64,000 nucleotides of DNA. It comes from Polyangiales bacterium. GTDB lineage: Bacteria > Myxococcota_A > Polyangia > Polyangiales > Polyangiaceae. Within the stretch, counting starts at the first letter, position 1, and each line of letters starts with the position of its first letter. The stretch spans positions 1 to 64,000 of the forward strand of contig JBBRNJ010000024.1 in NCBI GenBank assembly GCA_038230375.1. The letters are read 5' to 3'. The notes under the pieces are model-generated. The model searched no databases. It was not told where the DNA came from and saw only the letters and a list, made by a program, of their open reading frames with translations. The translations under genes and the position numbers were made by a program. Below, piece after piece: positions 37,197-47,082 of the stretch.

Positions 37197-37703
37197 ATGG
37201 AACGAGGAATCAACAACGCGCATCTGGCACGCAAGGATGTGCTCTGCCCCAGGGACAAGTCGGCGCTGCACAAGCACGAGGCGGGTGAAGCCCAGCTCGA
37301 TGTCTGCGGGAAGTGCGAAGGCCAGTTCTTCGACTCCGGGGAGATGTTCTCGGCGTTCGGCATCAAGGCGGACCCTTCGTACTGGGATCGCGCGGAGACG
37401 GGCGGCACGGTGAAGAACAGCGACATCCACTGCCCGCTGTGCAGCACCGTCATGCTCCTGCAGGCCATCAAGTACGAGGACAAGAGCGTCGACATCGATC
37501 GCTGCGGTAGTTGCGGCGGCATCTGGCTGGACAAGGGAGAGGTCGACACCATCATGGCGATCAGCGACCAGATGCAGCCGCTGGTCGACGCCGAGATCGC
37601 GAAGGCGAAGGCTGAGCTCGACAAGATGGGCATGCCAGACTTCACCGCGCCGGGTCTGATGGGCCGCTTCTTCAGCCTCTTCAAGAAGAAGCCGAAGCTC
37701 TGA
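37197..37703 (+). CDS. double zf-TFIIB zinc-ribbon protein
   Basis: GGAGG RBS; CPRD...CGKCEG.FFD.GE and CPLC...IDRCGSCGGIWLDKGE. Confidence 0.85.
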   Translation: MERGINNAHLARKDVLCPRDKSALHKHEAGEAQLDVCGKCEGQFFDSGEMFSAFGIKADPSYWDRAETGGTVKNSDIHCPLCSTVMLLQAIKYEDKSVDIDRCGSCGGIWLDKGEVDTIMAISDQMQPLVDAEIAKAKAELDKMGMPDFTAPGLMGRFFSLFKKKPKL

Positions 37704-37727
37704 AACGAAGAGTCACGGCGCGACGAA

Positions 37728-38480
37728 ATGAAGACAACTGCCCCATGGGCTGCGCTCTGCATGACATTGCTGGTCGCCTGCGGCGGAGGAGGGCCCCCGC
37801 TGGCGCCGGTGGCGAAGGACTTCGAGCCGGCGCCCGTCACGCCGACTATCGCCGCTGACGCCATCCCCGAAGAAGCCGAGGTGTTCGTCTCGACGAGTGA
37901 CGACGCGGTCATTCGTTGGGTCGAGGAACACGCCGGCGCGGCGCTTGCTCGTGGCTCGCGTGAGGCTCTGGCGCATCACCCCGGGGAGCCAGGTCGCTAC
38001 TGGCTCTCGCGCGTTGGCAGGGGGGGCGACACCAAGGTGGTGTTCGTGCTGAGGCGCGTGTCGGATACGCGCGCGGTGATCTTCGCGACGTCCGATGATC
38101 TGCTGGTTCCGTCGGTGTCATGGGTCGGGCTTGCGTTGAACGTGCGTAGCGCGAACGGCGACGAGCTGAAGGCGTGGCAACGCGAGATGGCACGGCGAAT
38201 CGCAACAAAACGTCGGGCGACGGGCATCGTTGTCTTCCCGAACGGCAACGCGCAAGCCGTCATCCTGGACGAGCAACCTGACGAGCGCGCGGCGGGCGAC
38301 ATCCAGCTCGTGGCAAGGCGTCGCTTCATGAAGGCGGGCACCTTCGACCCAAACGTGTGGGGGCCGCGGATCGCCGTCGACAACGAGGCTCGCGTCGTCA
38401 CGTCGAAGGCCGGCACACACGACGGAATCTCCGTGAGCGACATGATGAAGCGCGCACCCGCACCCGCCGCGCCGCCGTGA
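37728..38480 (+). CDS. putative lipoprotein
   Basis: LVA-C lipobox. Confidence 0.65.
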   Translation: MKTTAPWAALCMTLLVACGGGGPPLAPVAKDFEPAPVTPTIAADAIPEEAEVFVSTSDDAVIRWVEEHAGAALARGSREALAHHPGEPGRYWLSRVGRGGDTKVVFVLRRVSDTRAVIFATSDDLLVPSVSWVGLALNVRSANGDELKAWQREMARRIATKRRATGIVVFPNGNAQAVILDEQPDERAAGDIQLVARRRFMKAGTFDPNVWGPRIAVDNEARVVTSKAGTHDGISVSDMMKRAPAPAAPP

Positions 38481-38598
38481 CTCGCGCGCGCGGGCATGCA
38501 CCTTTGTATCTCACTCTCGTTGGTGACGGCGTCGAACTCGCACGACACGCCGTAGCGGCCGCTGGTGTTGTATGCGCCTTCGCGCGATGCTGCGTCTC

Positions 38599-39264
38599 AT
38601 GTCAACGCAGAGACTCGTTGCCGCAGTGATGGCCGCTGGCGTGAGCGGCGCCCTCACGGATGCGGGTTTCGTCCGGAAGGCTCTCGTGTTTCGGAGGCCT
38701 GCGGCGGAGGGCGCCACGAACGTGGTGGAGGTGTTGGTCGCGCGCGCTCGCACCGCTGGTGAGGCCGAGATCGTGCTGAACCTGGGCACCTACCTTCCCG
38801 CAGTGGAGGCGGTTCTCCACGCGCGGAAGATCAAGGCGCCGGGTGAGTCCGAGGGTACGGTCCGCACCCGCGTCGGCCCACCTGGCAAGAAGCGCGATCC
38901 GTGGTGGCGCGTGGTGCCTGGCAAGGAGGCGAACGTGGCGTCGCGCGTCGTCGCCGCGATCGAGGACGGCGTGCTTCCGTGGTTCGCAGTGACGAGCGAT
39001 CTGGGCGCACTCAACACCGCAGTCGAGCGGGAGCTGACGGAGGCGTTCTGGATGCAAAACAGACTCGCGCCCGCCGCGATCGCGCTCTGCCTGGGCAAGA
39101 AGACGCTCGCGAAGAAGCGCGTGCGTGCGGTGGAGACATCGATCCGCGCGACGCTCGCCGAGCGTGCAGCAGAGTTCGGCAAGCGCGATCCTTTTGGCAG
39201 CGACGTGCTGAAGCTCGTGGTCCGCCTGCGCAATGAGCACGCGCTTGGCGAGCGACCGAAGTGA
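38599..39264 (+). CDS. DUF4304-like hypothetical protein
   Basis: L...GFVRK...F.R.......VVEV, .NLG.Y and VLPWF motifs. Confidence 0.55.
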   Translation: MSTQRLVAAVMAAGVSGALTDAGFVRKALVFRRPAAEGATNVVEVLVARARTAGEAEIVLNLGTYLPAVEAVLHARKIKAPGESEGTVRTRVGPPGKKRDPWWRVVPGKEANVASRVVAAIEDGVLPWFAVTSDLGALNTAVERELTEAFWMQNRLAPAAIALCLGKKTLAKKRVRAVETSIRATLAERAAEFGKRDPFGSDVLKLVVRLRNEHALGERPK

Positions 39265-39270
39265 CGTGGT

Positions 39271-39918
39271 ATGCTGAAGAGCAAGGAGCTCGAGGCAGTG
39301 AGCGATCCCTACCGTAGTCCCGACGAACGCGCTTCCGCCGAGGCCGCCGCAAATCCGGCGAAGCCGTGGGAGCTCCGCACCTGGACGTCCGACCGTTTGT
39401 GCCCGGTCTGCAGTGTTGCGCTCTTTGCCGCGGAGAAGGACGGATATCGCATCGACGCGTGCGGCTCCTGCGGCGGCTCGTGGATGTCGCACGCGCACGC
39501 CAGAATGATGATCGACGGCGGCGCGAAGGCGCCAATCGAGCTCGCGCGGATGACCGAGTCGATCTTGCCGCGCGCCGCAACGACCAGCGAGCGACGGTGT
39601 CCGGACTGCCAGCAGCCGCTCGAACGGGAGGTGATCGCGGAGGTCTCTATCGACGTGTGCGACGCCCACGGCACGTGGTTCGATCCGCGCGAACTCGAAC
39701 AGGTCGCCACAGCCCTCATCCGTGACTACGGCCCAGCCGCGCGACAGGCCGCGGCGAATGCCGAGGAGGCAGAGCAGCGCAGGAAAGAGGAGGGCACGAT
39801 CGACGCTGGTCGCATCGCCATGGGAGTCGCCAGCCTGTCACTCGGCTTGATCGGAGCCGCGCTGGGCTCGCCGACCGAGCAGACAGACATCCTCGGCAAT
39901 GTGATCCGCAGGCGCTGA
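39271..39918 (+). CDS. double zf-TFIIB zinc-ribbon protein with C-terminal hydrophobic segment
   Basis: CPVC...IDACGSCGGSW and CPDC...IDVCDAHGTWFDPREL; start may be GTG 39298. Confidence 0.8.
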   Translation: MLKSKELEAVSDPYRSPDERASAEAAANPAKPWELRTWTSDRLCPVCSVALFAAEKDGYRIDACGSCGGSWMSHAHARMMIDGGAKAPIELARMTESILPRAATTSERRCPDCQQPLEREVIAEVSIDVCDAHGTWFDPRELEQVATALIRDYGPAARQAAANAEEAEQRRKEEGTIDAGRIAMGVASLSLGLIGAALGSPTEQTDILGNVIRRR

Positions 39919-39962
39919 CGCGCGGCTCAGCTCTGCTTCGGAGCCGCCGCCAGCCATGGGTG

Positions 39963-41384
39963 TCAGTCCTGATGATCCGACGCGGGCTTCGCGTGGCGTG
40001 AGCCGACGAACTCGACCAGCTTGCCGAGCTCATCTGCATTGAGCGTGCTCGCGAACGCTGGCATGTTCGTGCCGCCGTTGGAGATGCGGATCGTGATCTG
40101 CTCCTTCGTGAGAAGGTCGCCGATGTGAGACAGATTGGGGCCGCGGCGCCCGCCGTGTCCGTCGATGAGATGACATGCGAGGCAACCCTTGTCGTGGAAG
40201 AGGATCGCCCCCTCTGCGACGGGCCCGCTCGTGGTCCCGACGATGTCAGCAGTGAGGCGCGGCTCTTCGAAGTTGGGTGCCCATGACGATCGCGCACCGA
40301 CGATCCAGAGCGAGCCGATCATCACAACCGTCATGACGACGATGACGACCGCCCACGGACGGCGCCGCACGCTGCGCTCTCCCTTGTTCGACAGGAGTGG
40401 CAGCAGCAAGATTCCGCCGATGACCGGCGGCGCAAGCAGGATGAGGGCGGTCTCGAGCGACGCCGGGCAGAGCGAGAGCACCGCGAAATACCAGAGCAGG
40501 TACCAGTCGGGGCGCGGCGCTGCGTTCGTGAGGCTCGGATCCGGGGGCAGGCCAATTTCCGGCGGCCCGATGAAGACCGCGAGCAGGACGATCCCGAAGA
40601 GCATGGCCACGCCGAAGACGGCATCGCGCCACGCAGCGTCCGGCCAGAACGGCACGCCGTCCTTCTTCAGGTGTGCCTTGTACTTCTTCCGGTACGTCTT
40701 CGGATCGACCGGATCGCCCGGCGTGGGCGGCTCCGAGATGCCATGCCTCATGACGAGCATCAGGTGCAGCCCGACGAACGCGAAGATCACCGCGGGGATG
40801 AGAAAGACGTGGATCGCGAAGAAGCGACTCAACGTTGCGCCGCCGACCGTGTCACCACCAAGGATGAAACGCGCCATCGGCTCACCGATGACCGGCATGC
40901 GGCCCGCTTGCTCCGCGCCGACTACGACGGACCACGTGGCGTTCTGATCCCACCGCAGCAGCTGCCCGGTGAAGCCCATCCCGAGCGTGCACGCGAGGAG
41001 CAGCACACCAGAGAGCCAGTTCATCTCGCGCGGGAACTTGAACGAGCCGGACAGGAACACCTGCCCCATGTGGAGGCCCACCATGAGCACCATCGCCGAT
41101 GCGCCGAAATAGTGCATCCCGCGCATCACGCGGCCGAAGGGCGCCTCGTTGGTGATGAAGAGGAGCGTTTCGTACGCCTGTGAGGAAGAGGCGATGTACG
41201 AGAACGCGAGCGTCACGCCGGTCACGACCTGCACCATGAACGCGAGGAGCGTCGCGCTCCCGAACACGTACCACCAGCGCGCGCCGCGCGGCACGGGGTG
41301 CTGCATGATCGGCTTCACCATCGCAGTGATGCCCACGCGGTCGTCGACCGTGGCCCAGACGCTCTTGAGTAGACGCTTCACCAT
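39963..41384 (-). CDS. qcrB: cytochrome b (b6 + subunit IV regions) fused to C-terminal cytochrome c
   Basis: heme b His pairs MHYFGAS...LH and IH...LH; WDQ; PDWY Qo motif; C-terminal CLACH and MP. Confidence 0.9.
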   Translation of the reverse strand: MVKRLLKSVWATVDDRVGITAMVKPIMQHPVPRGARWWYVFGSATLLAFMVQVVTGVTLAFSYIASSSQAYETLLFITNEAPFGRVMRGMHYFGASAMVLMVGLHMGQVFLSGSFKFPREMNWLSGVLLLACTLGMGFTGQLLRWDQNATWSVVVGAEQAGRMPVIGEPMARFILGGDTVGGATLSRFFAIHVFLIPAVIFAFVGLHLMLVMRHGISEPPTPGDPVDPKTYRKKYKAHLKKDGVPFWPDAAWRDAVFGVAMLFGIVLLAVFIGPPEIGLPPDPSLTNAAPRPDWYLLWYFAVLSLCPASLETALILLAPPVIGGILLLPLLSNKGERSVRRRPWAVVIVVMTVVMIGSLWIVGARSSWAPNFEEPRLTADIVGTTSGPVAEGAILFHDKGCLACHLIDGHGGRRGPNLSHIGDLLTKEQITIRISNGGTNMPAFASTLNADELGKLVEFVGSRHAKPASDHQD

Positions 41385-41386
41385 GG

Positions 41387-42001
41387 TCAGCCGATCGGGA
41401 TGGGGTCAGTGCGGATCTCGACCTGCCCGTCGGTCACACGCACCGGATATTGCGGCAGCGCGTGCGGCGGCGGCCCCGCGGCGACCGAGCCGTCCTGGTA
41501 GTAGACGCCACCGTGACAGGGACACATGAAGAGCTTCGCCTCCGCCATCCAGCGAACCGGGCAGCCAAGATGCGCGCAGTTGACCGAGAACGCCTCGAAC
41601 TCCGTCTCGCTCACGCGCCGAAGCCACGCGGCAGTCTTCGAGGTCACGCCGGCCCATGGGAGCGGCGATGCGTCGATGAAGACGACGTTCACGGTCTCCC
41701 CGATCTTGAACTGCTCGAGCTTGCCGACGGCGCGCCACTCGCGCGGAGCCTTGCGGAAGAGCGGAGCAACGATGAAGCCAACGACCGGGACGCCAAGGGC
41801 AACGCCGCCCGCAACGCCGAGCGCCACGCTCATTTTTCCAAGCAGCTGACGGCGCGCGATCGTATCCGCAGACGCCGGAGGTGCCTCGACGTGCTCGTTC
41901 TCGTGCTCGTCGTCGTGCTCGTGCTCGTGCTCGTTCTCGTCCTCTTGACCGTCCTTCTTGGACGCGTCCTCTTTTGCGTCCTCAGGAGTGCTTTGCTTCA
42001 T
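41387..42001 (-). CDS. qcrA: Rieske 2Fe-2S subunit of quinol:cytochrome c reductase
   Basis: Tat motif ARRQLL plus TM; CAHLGC and CPCHGG. Confidence 0.92.
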   Translation of the reverse strand: MKQSTPEDAKEDASKKDGQEDENEHEHEHDDEHENEHVEAPPASADTIARRQLLGKMSVALGVAGGVALGVPVVGFIVAPLFRKAPREWRAVGKLEQFKIGETVNVVFIDASPLPWAGVTSKTAAWLRRVSETEFEAFSVNCAHLGCPVRWMAEAKLFMCPCHGGVYYQDGSVAAGPPPHALPQYPVRVTDGQVEIRTDPIPIG

Positions 42002-42281
42002 GACGCATCTCTCCAATCCAACCGGTGAGCGAGGTGATGACAACGGCAAGGCCGACGAGGATGAGCACCATCGACGTGATGAAACCCCAGAAGAGCAGCG
42101 TCGTTCCGAACGCGAGCCCCATGGGCCAGAACGAAGGCTGTGGAATGAGCGCGGGGCGCGGATCGCCCCAGTCGTCGCGCGCCTCCGGCTTCGCGGACTC
42201 GGGCTCTTTCGCCGCCGGCTTCGCGGACTCGGGCTCTTTCGACTCCGGCTCGTTCGCCTCTTTCGCGTCCGGCTCGCTCAT
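41982..42281 (-). CDS. small 2-TM protein, cytochrome oxidase subunit IV (CtaF)-like
   Basis: AAGGAGG RBS with ATGA overlap; P.PSFWP..LA.G motif; two TM helices; ends GWIGE. Confidence 0.65.
   Translation of the reverse strand: MSEPDAKEANEPESKEPESAKPAAKEPESAKPEARDDWGDPRPALIPQPSFWPMGLAFGTTLLFWGFITSMVLILVGLAVVITSLTGWIGEMRHEAKHS
42185..42250. repeat. 30-nt tandem repeat encoding KEPESAKP
   Basis: ccggcttcgcggactcgggctctttcg at 42185 and 42215. Confidence 0.8.
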
Positions 42282-43093
42282 GCGGCCTCCTTCGCGGCGA
42301 GCTCGTCGGCCGCCTCTTCGCGATGGTAGCGCGCGAACATCGCCAGCATTCCGCCGGCGTACGCGAAGCACCCGGGCACCCACATGAGCAGGCCGCCGAT
42401 CTCCTGATCCGCTTTCGGCGTGAGCCCCCAGCCGTCACGCAGGAGCGGCATCGCGCCAAGGCCGTCCACCGGGTGCGCGTAGATCGAGCAGACCTCCACG
42501 GGCGAGAACGTCACCAGGATCCCGAGCAACGTGCACGCGACGCACGCTGCGAAGAGGTAGAGCATGGCGCCAAACGGCGGGAGCCGACGCGCGGACCGGG
42601 GACCCACGATCGGCCAGAAAAAGGCGCATCCCATGACGAGCAGCGAGACGGTCTGCAGGCGCTGCACGCCGATGCTGTTCGATGCGGCGTCGCAGAGCGT
42701 GGGAGCGTGCCACAGCCACATGGCAGACACGCCGGCGAGCCACGGCAGCATGAAGCGCCGCGCACCACTAGCGGCCGCAGCGCCGGGTGCGCCAGGAGCG
42801 ACGTCCGCTTCTTTCGATCCGGTTCGCAGCGCCGACAGCACGAGCGGCGGGATCACCAGTACGAGGAGCAGATGCTGCAGCATGTGCGCGCTGAAGAGAT
42901 ATCCGCGCGCGAGCACGCCGATGGGCGAGACGAACGCGAGCAGGAACACCACCGCCGCGAGCACGAGCCACAGCGCGCGCCGGGTGAGCTTCCACTGCAT
43001 CCGCGCCGCATACGCGACGACTCCCGCGCCCGCGACCGCGTAGACGAACGCGTCACTCTGCCACGCGGTGAGGAGCAGCTCGCCCGTGGTCAT
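42278..43093 (-). CDS. ctaG: caa3-type cytochrome c oxidase assembly factor
   Basis: LFSAHMLQHLLL, WLWHAP, DQEIGGLLMWVPG motifs. Confidence 0.9.
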   Translation of the reverse strand: MTTGELLLTAWQSDAFVYAVAGAGVVAYAARMQWKLTRRALWLVLAAVVFLLAFVSPIGVLARGYLFSAHMLQHLLLVLVIPPLVLSALRTGSKEADVAPGAPGAAAASGARRFMLPWLAGVSAMWLWHAPTLCDAASNSIGVQRLQTVSLLVMGCAFFWPIVGPRSARRLPPFGAMLYLFAACVACTLLGILVTFSPVEVCSIYAHPVDGLGAMPLLRDGWGLTPKADQEIGGLLMWVPGCFAYAGGMLAMFARYHREEAADELAAKEAA

Positions 43094-45303
43094 AGGATGT
43101 TCCTCACGTAGACGATGCCAAAGACGGCGATCCACACCACGTCCACGAAATGCCAGTAGAGGCCGATCGCCTTGAACGCCGATGAGTGGCGGCGGCCCTT
43201 GAGATCCCCCGCGAGCCCGAGCCACAAGATCACGCCGAGGGCGACCAAGCCGAGCGTCACGTGCAGACCGTGGAAGCCCGTGAGCGTGAAGAACGTGGAC
43301 GTGAAGAGGCTCGTGTTGACGTTGAGGCCGCTCGTGAAGAGCTTCTGGTACTCGCTCGCCTGGCCAAACATGAAGATCGCGCCGAGCAGGATGGTGAAGA
43401 TGAGCCAGTTGCGGAACCCGCTCTCGTTTCCTGCGGCGAGCGCCTTCTCGGAGCGGTGGAGCGTGAAGCTGGAGGCGAAGAGGCAGATGCTGAACATGCC
43501 CGTGGTCTTCACGTCCAGGTGCGCCGCTGCGGCCTTCGTGGAGAGGTTGAAATAGACGAAGGTGAGGATGAGGACGATGAAGAACATCGCCTCGGAGGCG
43601 ATGAAGGCCCACACACCCACGATCGCCTTGTCGTAGGTCGCGATCTCCACGATCTTGGTCTTGACCTTGTTTTTACCGGGATTCGCGAGATCCCAGAGCG
43701 GACGACGCCCGCGCACCGGCGGCACTTTTTCGAAGTTGTGCGGATGCGGCGGCGACGTGGTCGCCCACTCGAGCGTCCACGCGTCCCACGGATTGTCGCC
43801 CGCCGGCTTGCCGTTGCGGACGCTCTTCGCAATGTTCACCAGGAAGAGGAGAACGGAGAAGCCCATCACGAACGCGCCGATGGTGGAGACCATGTTGAGC
43901 GTCCCCCAGTTCGGCAGATCCGGGTACGTGTACACGCGGCGCGGCATCCCCAGGATGCCAAGGAAGTGCTGAACGAAGAACGTCATGTTGAAGCCAATGA
44001 CCATGGTCCAGAAGTTCAGCTTGCCAAGGCGCTCGTCCAGCAGCTTGCCGCTCATCTTCGGGAACCAGTAGTAGGTCGCCGCGAGGATGCCGAAGAGCGT
44101 GCCGCCGAGCGCGACGTAGTGGAAGTGCGCGACCACGTAGTACGTGTCCGTCATCTGCCAGTCGACCGGCGCCGCTGCGAACGTGATGCCCGAGAGCCCG
44201 CCGATCACGAACTCGATGAGGAACGCCACGGCGAAGCACATGGACGTGGTGAAGCGCAATTTGCCTCCCCACATGGTGGCGATCCAGTTGAAGATCTTCA
44301 CGCCAGTGGGGACAGCGATGAGCATGGTCCCGGCAGAGAACGCGAGGTCTGCGCGATGGCCGAGGCCCGCGGCGAACATGTGGTGCGCCCACACGCCGAA
44401 CGAGAGGACCGCGATGGCGACCGTGGAACCCGCGACGAACTCGTAGCCGAAGATCGGCTTGCGCGAGAAGACCGGGATGACCTCCGAGATCATGCCGAAC
44501 GCCGGTAGCGCCAGGATGTAGACCTCTGGATGACCGAAGGTCCAGAAGTAGTGCTGCCACAGGATGACCGAGCCGCCGCCGTGCGCCTGGAAGAAATGCG
44601 CGTCCAGCTGGCGGTCGATGAGGAGCATCACGAGCGCGCCGTTCAGCACCGGCAGGGCAAGGACAATGAGGATGGCCGTGATGAACGTCATCCACACGAA
44701 GAGCGGGACGCGGCGGATGGTCATGCCCGGCGCGCGAAGCGTGATGACGGTGGCGATGATGTTGATGGCGCCTGCGACGGAGCCGATGCCCAGCACGAGC
44801 AACGCGAGCACCCAGTAGTCCGTGCCCGTGTTGGAGCTGAATGGCGTCTCCGCGAGCGGCGCGTAGCTGAACCAACCTGCAGAGGGGGCACCACCTGCGA
44901 ACAGGCTGAAATGCAGGAGCGCGCCGCCCAGCGGGAAGAGCCAGTAGCTCATCGCGTTGAGGCGCGGGAACGCCATGTCTCGCGCGCCGATCATCAGCGG
45001 CACGAAGTAGTTCGCGAAGCCGACGAGCGTGGGCATGACGACGAGGAAGATCATCGTCGTGCCGTGCATGGTGAAGATCTGGTTGAAGGTTTCCGGATCC
45101 AGGAAATGCGACTCGGGATGTGCGAGCTGGATACGGATGAGGAGCGCCTCTATGCCGCCGATCGCGAAGAAGACGATCGACGTGAGCAGATAGAGGATGC
45201 CGATTCGCTTGTGATCGACGGTGGCGACCCAGCTGAACGGCCCCTTCTCCTCCGCGTGCTCGTGCGCGGCTTCGGAGGCATGCGGTGTGGTGGCGGTCGT
45301 CAT
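43090..45303 (-). CDS. ctaD: A1-type cytochrome c oxidase subunit I fused to subunit III
   Basis: DHKRIG, HGTTM, GHPEVY, WAHH, HFH; in-frame C-terminal FIASEAMFF, TGFHGLHV, YWHFVDVVW of subunit III. Confidence 0.93.
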   Translation of the reverse strand: MTTATTPHASEAAHEHAEEKGPFSWVATVDHKRIGILYLLTSIVFFAIGGIEALLIRIQLAHPESHFLDPETFNQIFTMHGTTMIFLVVMPTLVGFANYFVPLMIGARDMAFPRLNAMSYWLFPLGGALLHFSLFAGGAPSAGWFSYAPLAETPFSSNTGTDYWVLALLVLGIGSVAGAINIIATVITLRAPGMTIRRVPLFVWMTFITAILIVLALPVLNGALVMLLIDRQLDAHFFQAHGGGSVILWQHYFWTFGHPEVYILALPAFGMISEVIPVFSRKPIFGYEFVAGSTVAIAVLSFGVWAHHMFAAGLGHRADLAFSAGTMLIAVPTGVKIFNWIATMWGGKLRFTTSMCFAVAFLIEFVIGGLSGITFAAAPVDWQMTDTYYVVAHFHYVALGGTLFGILAATYYWFPKMSGKLLDERLGKLNFWTMVIGFNMTFFVQHFLGILGMPRRVYTYPDLPNWGTLNMVSTIGAFVMGFSVLLFLVNIAKSVRNGKPAGDNPWDAWTLEWATTSPPHPHNFEKVPPVRGRRPLWDLANPGKNKVKTKIVEIATYDKAIVGVWAFIASEAMFFIVLILTFVYFNLSTKAAAAHLDVKTTGMFSICLFASSFTLHRSEKALAAGNESGFRNWLIFTILLGAIFMFGQASEYQKLFTSGLNVNTSLFTSTFFTLTGFHGLHVTLGLVALGVILWLGLAGDLKGRRHSSAFKAIGLYWHFVDVVWIAVFGIVYVRNIL

Positions 45304-46223
45304 CGGAGGGTCTCGAAGTAGGCGACGAAATCGGCGATCTGCGGATCGGTGAGCTGCACGTCCGGCATGTGGCAGCCAGGCTTGATGTCCTGCGGGCTCT
45401 TCAACCACCGCGCCAGCTCTTCGGGCGAGTTCTTCCTCACGCCCGCGCCGAGCGTCTTTCGATCAGCGAAATGGGTGAGGTCCGGGGCGGCATTCGCGCC
45501 TTCGCCGTTGCCCGTGATCGCATGGCACTTCACGCACGTCATCTGCGTGAAGAGGTGCGCGCCCCGCTGCGCATCAGGAGCGCTCGAGGTGGCAGCTGCT
45601 GCGAGCGTGCGCTTCTCCCACGCGGCAAACTCTTCCGGTGACTCCGCGACGACCTGGATGCGCATCCACGCGTGCTGCACGCCGCAGTACTCCGCGCACG
45701 CGCCTATGTACGTGCCGGGCGCGTCCGCCTGGAGCCAGATGCTGGCGCTTCGGCCCGGGATGGCGTCGATCTTTCGACCGAGCTCGGGAACCCAGAAGTC
45801 ATGGATGACGTCGGCGGACTCCACGCCAACGACGAGCGCCGTGCCGGTCGGGATGTGAATCTCGTTCGCGGTGACAGCGCCCGATTTGTAGTGGACCTCC
45901 CACCACCACTGGTGAGCGATGACAGTGAGGTCCGGCGCGCGATCCGGGACGGGGTCCGAAGCGCTCACGGCCTTCACCGTGAGATAGAAGATGCCGAGCA
46001 GAACGAGCACCGGCGCCAGCGTCCACGCGATCTCGAGCCGCTTGTTCCCCTCGTTCTGGGCCGGCGGGTCACCGCCCTTGTCGCGGAAGCGGAGAATGGC
46101 GGTGGTGACGAGCGCCACGACGACCCCGAAGATGATGAAGCACACGATGAGTGTGTCGCCGAAGAGATCGGCGATGACACGCGCGCCCGGCGAGCGCGGA
46201 TCGAGTAGTGTCCCCAAGACCAC
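45300..46223 (-). CDS. ctaC: cytochrome c oxidase subunit II with fused cytochrome c (caa3)
   Basis: LEIAWT, HQWWW, DVIHDFW, CAEYCGVQHAWM CuA site; CVKCH heme c; GTG start at 46223 inferred. Confidence 0.92.
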   Translation of the reverse strand: MVLGTLLDPRSPGARVIADLFGDTLIVCFIIFGVVVALVTTAILRFRDKGGDPPAQNEGNKRLEIAWTLAPVLVLLGIFYLTVKAVSASDPVPDRAPDLTVIAHQWWWEVHYKSGAVTANEIHIPTGTALVVGVESADVIHDFWVPELGRKIDAIPGRSASIWLQADAPGTYIGACAEYCGVQHAWMRIQVVAESPEEFAAWEKRTLAAAATSSAPDAQRGAHLFTQMTCVKCHAITGNGEGANAAPDLTHFADRKTLGAGVRKNSPEELARWLKSPQDIKPGCHMPDVQLTDPQIADFVAYFETLR

Positions 46224-46299
46224 GGGCGCGACCCTAACACGGCGATCCCGGCCTAATGTAGGGAGAAAGTGAACGCTCTCCAGACGCCATCGGCCGCGA

Positions 46300-47082
46300 C
46301 TACTTTGGCGCGCTGAGACCGGCGGCGGCGGCTCGCGTCTCGCGGCGGAACGGCTGCGCGAGCTGGGCAACGTAGCCTTGCGGCCATGATTCGGGCACGC
46401 CCAGCGGATATCGCTCTTCGCCCTCCGGCCGGTGATAGGTGCCAAACAGCACGTCCACCCATGGGCCCAGGTTGGAGAAGTTGTGCGCGGTGCGCTCGAG
46501 GCGCGCGTGGTGCCAGTGATGCAGCTCCGGCGCGCCGAAGAGAAAGCGCAGAGGGCCGAGCGGCAGGCGCACGTTCGAGTGGATGAACACCGCCCAGATC
46601 CCGCGGAAGACGATGATGCCCGCGAGCGCACTCATCGGCACGCCCAGCAGGAACGCCGGCAGGTTCATGCATAGCTGCGTGAGCACGCCGTCGACCGGGT
46701 GCTCGCGGTGCGCGGCGACCCAGTCCAGCTCTTCGGCGGTGTGGTGCACTGCATGAAACCGCCAGAGCGGTCCCCACGCATGACACGCACGGTGGAACCA
46801 GTAGACGACGAAGTCGCCACCGGCGACCGCCAGGACTACTTGCATGACGAGCGGCAGTGACGTTGGCGCGTGGCGCACGAGCGGCTCCACGCGCGCAAGC
46901 ACCCAGACCGCGACGCTGGTCCACGCCAGGTACTGACCCGCGAAGAAGCACGCGTCCACAGCCACGTTCCTGCGAAGGACCTTCTGTCCGGGGCGCGCGG
47001 GAAAGAGACGCTCCAGCGGAACGAAGACAGCGGCAAGCAACGCGAAGCTCGCGACCGCGGAGAGAAGCACGGAGAAGATCAC
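46300..47082 (-). CDS. sterol desaturase / fatty acid hydroxylase family protein
   Basis: His boxes HRACH, HAVHH, HSN, HHWHH; GTGA overlap with the upstream ORF. Confidence 0.88.
   Translation of the reverse strand: MIFSVLLSAVASFALLAAVFVPLERLFPARPGQKVLRRNVAVDACFFAGQYLAWTSVAVWVLARVEPLVRHAPTSLPLVMQVVLAVAGGDFVVYWFHRACHAWGPLWRFHAVHHTAEELDWVAAHREHPVDGVLTQLCMNLPAFLLGVPMSALAGIIVFRGIWAVFIHSNVRLPLGPLRFLFGAPELHHWHHARLERTAHNFSNLGPWVDVLFGTYHRPEGEERYPLGVPESWPQGYVAQLAQPFRRETRAAAAGLSAPK

Noticed and set aside
35993..37912. 639-aa ORF overlapping the zinc-ribbon gene
   Set aside because: The lipoprotein signal starts at 37096; the upstream part is antisense to 37197-37703
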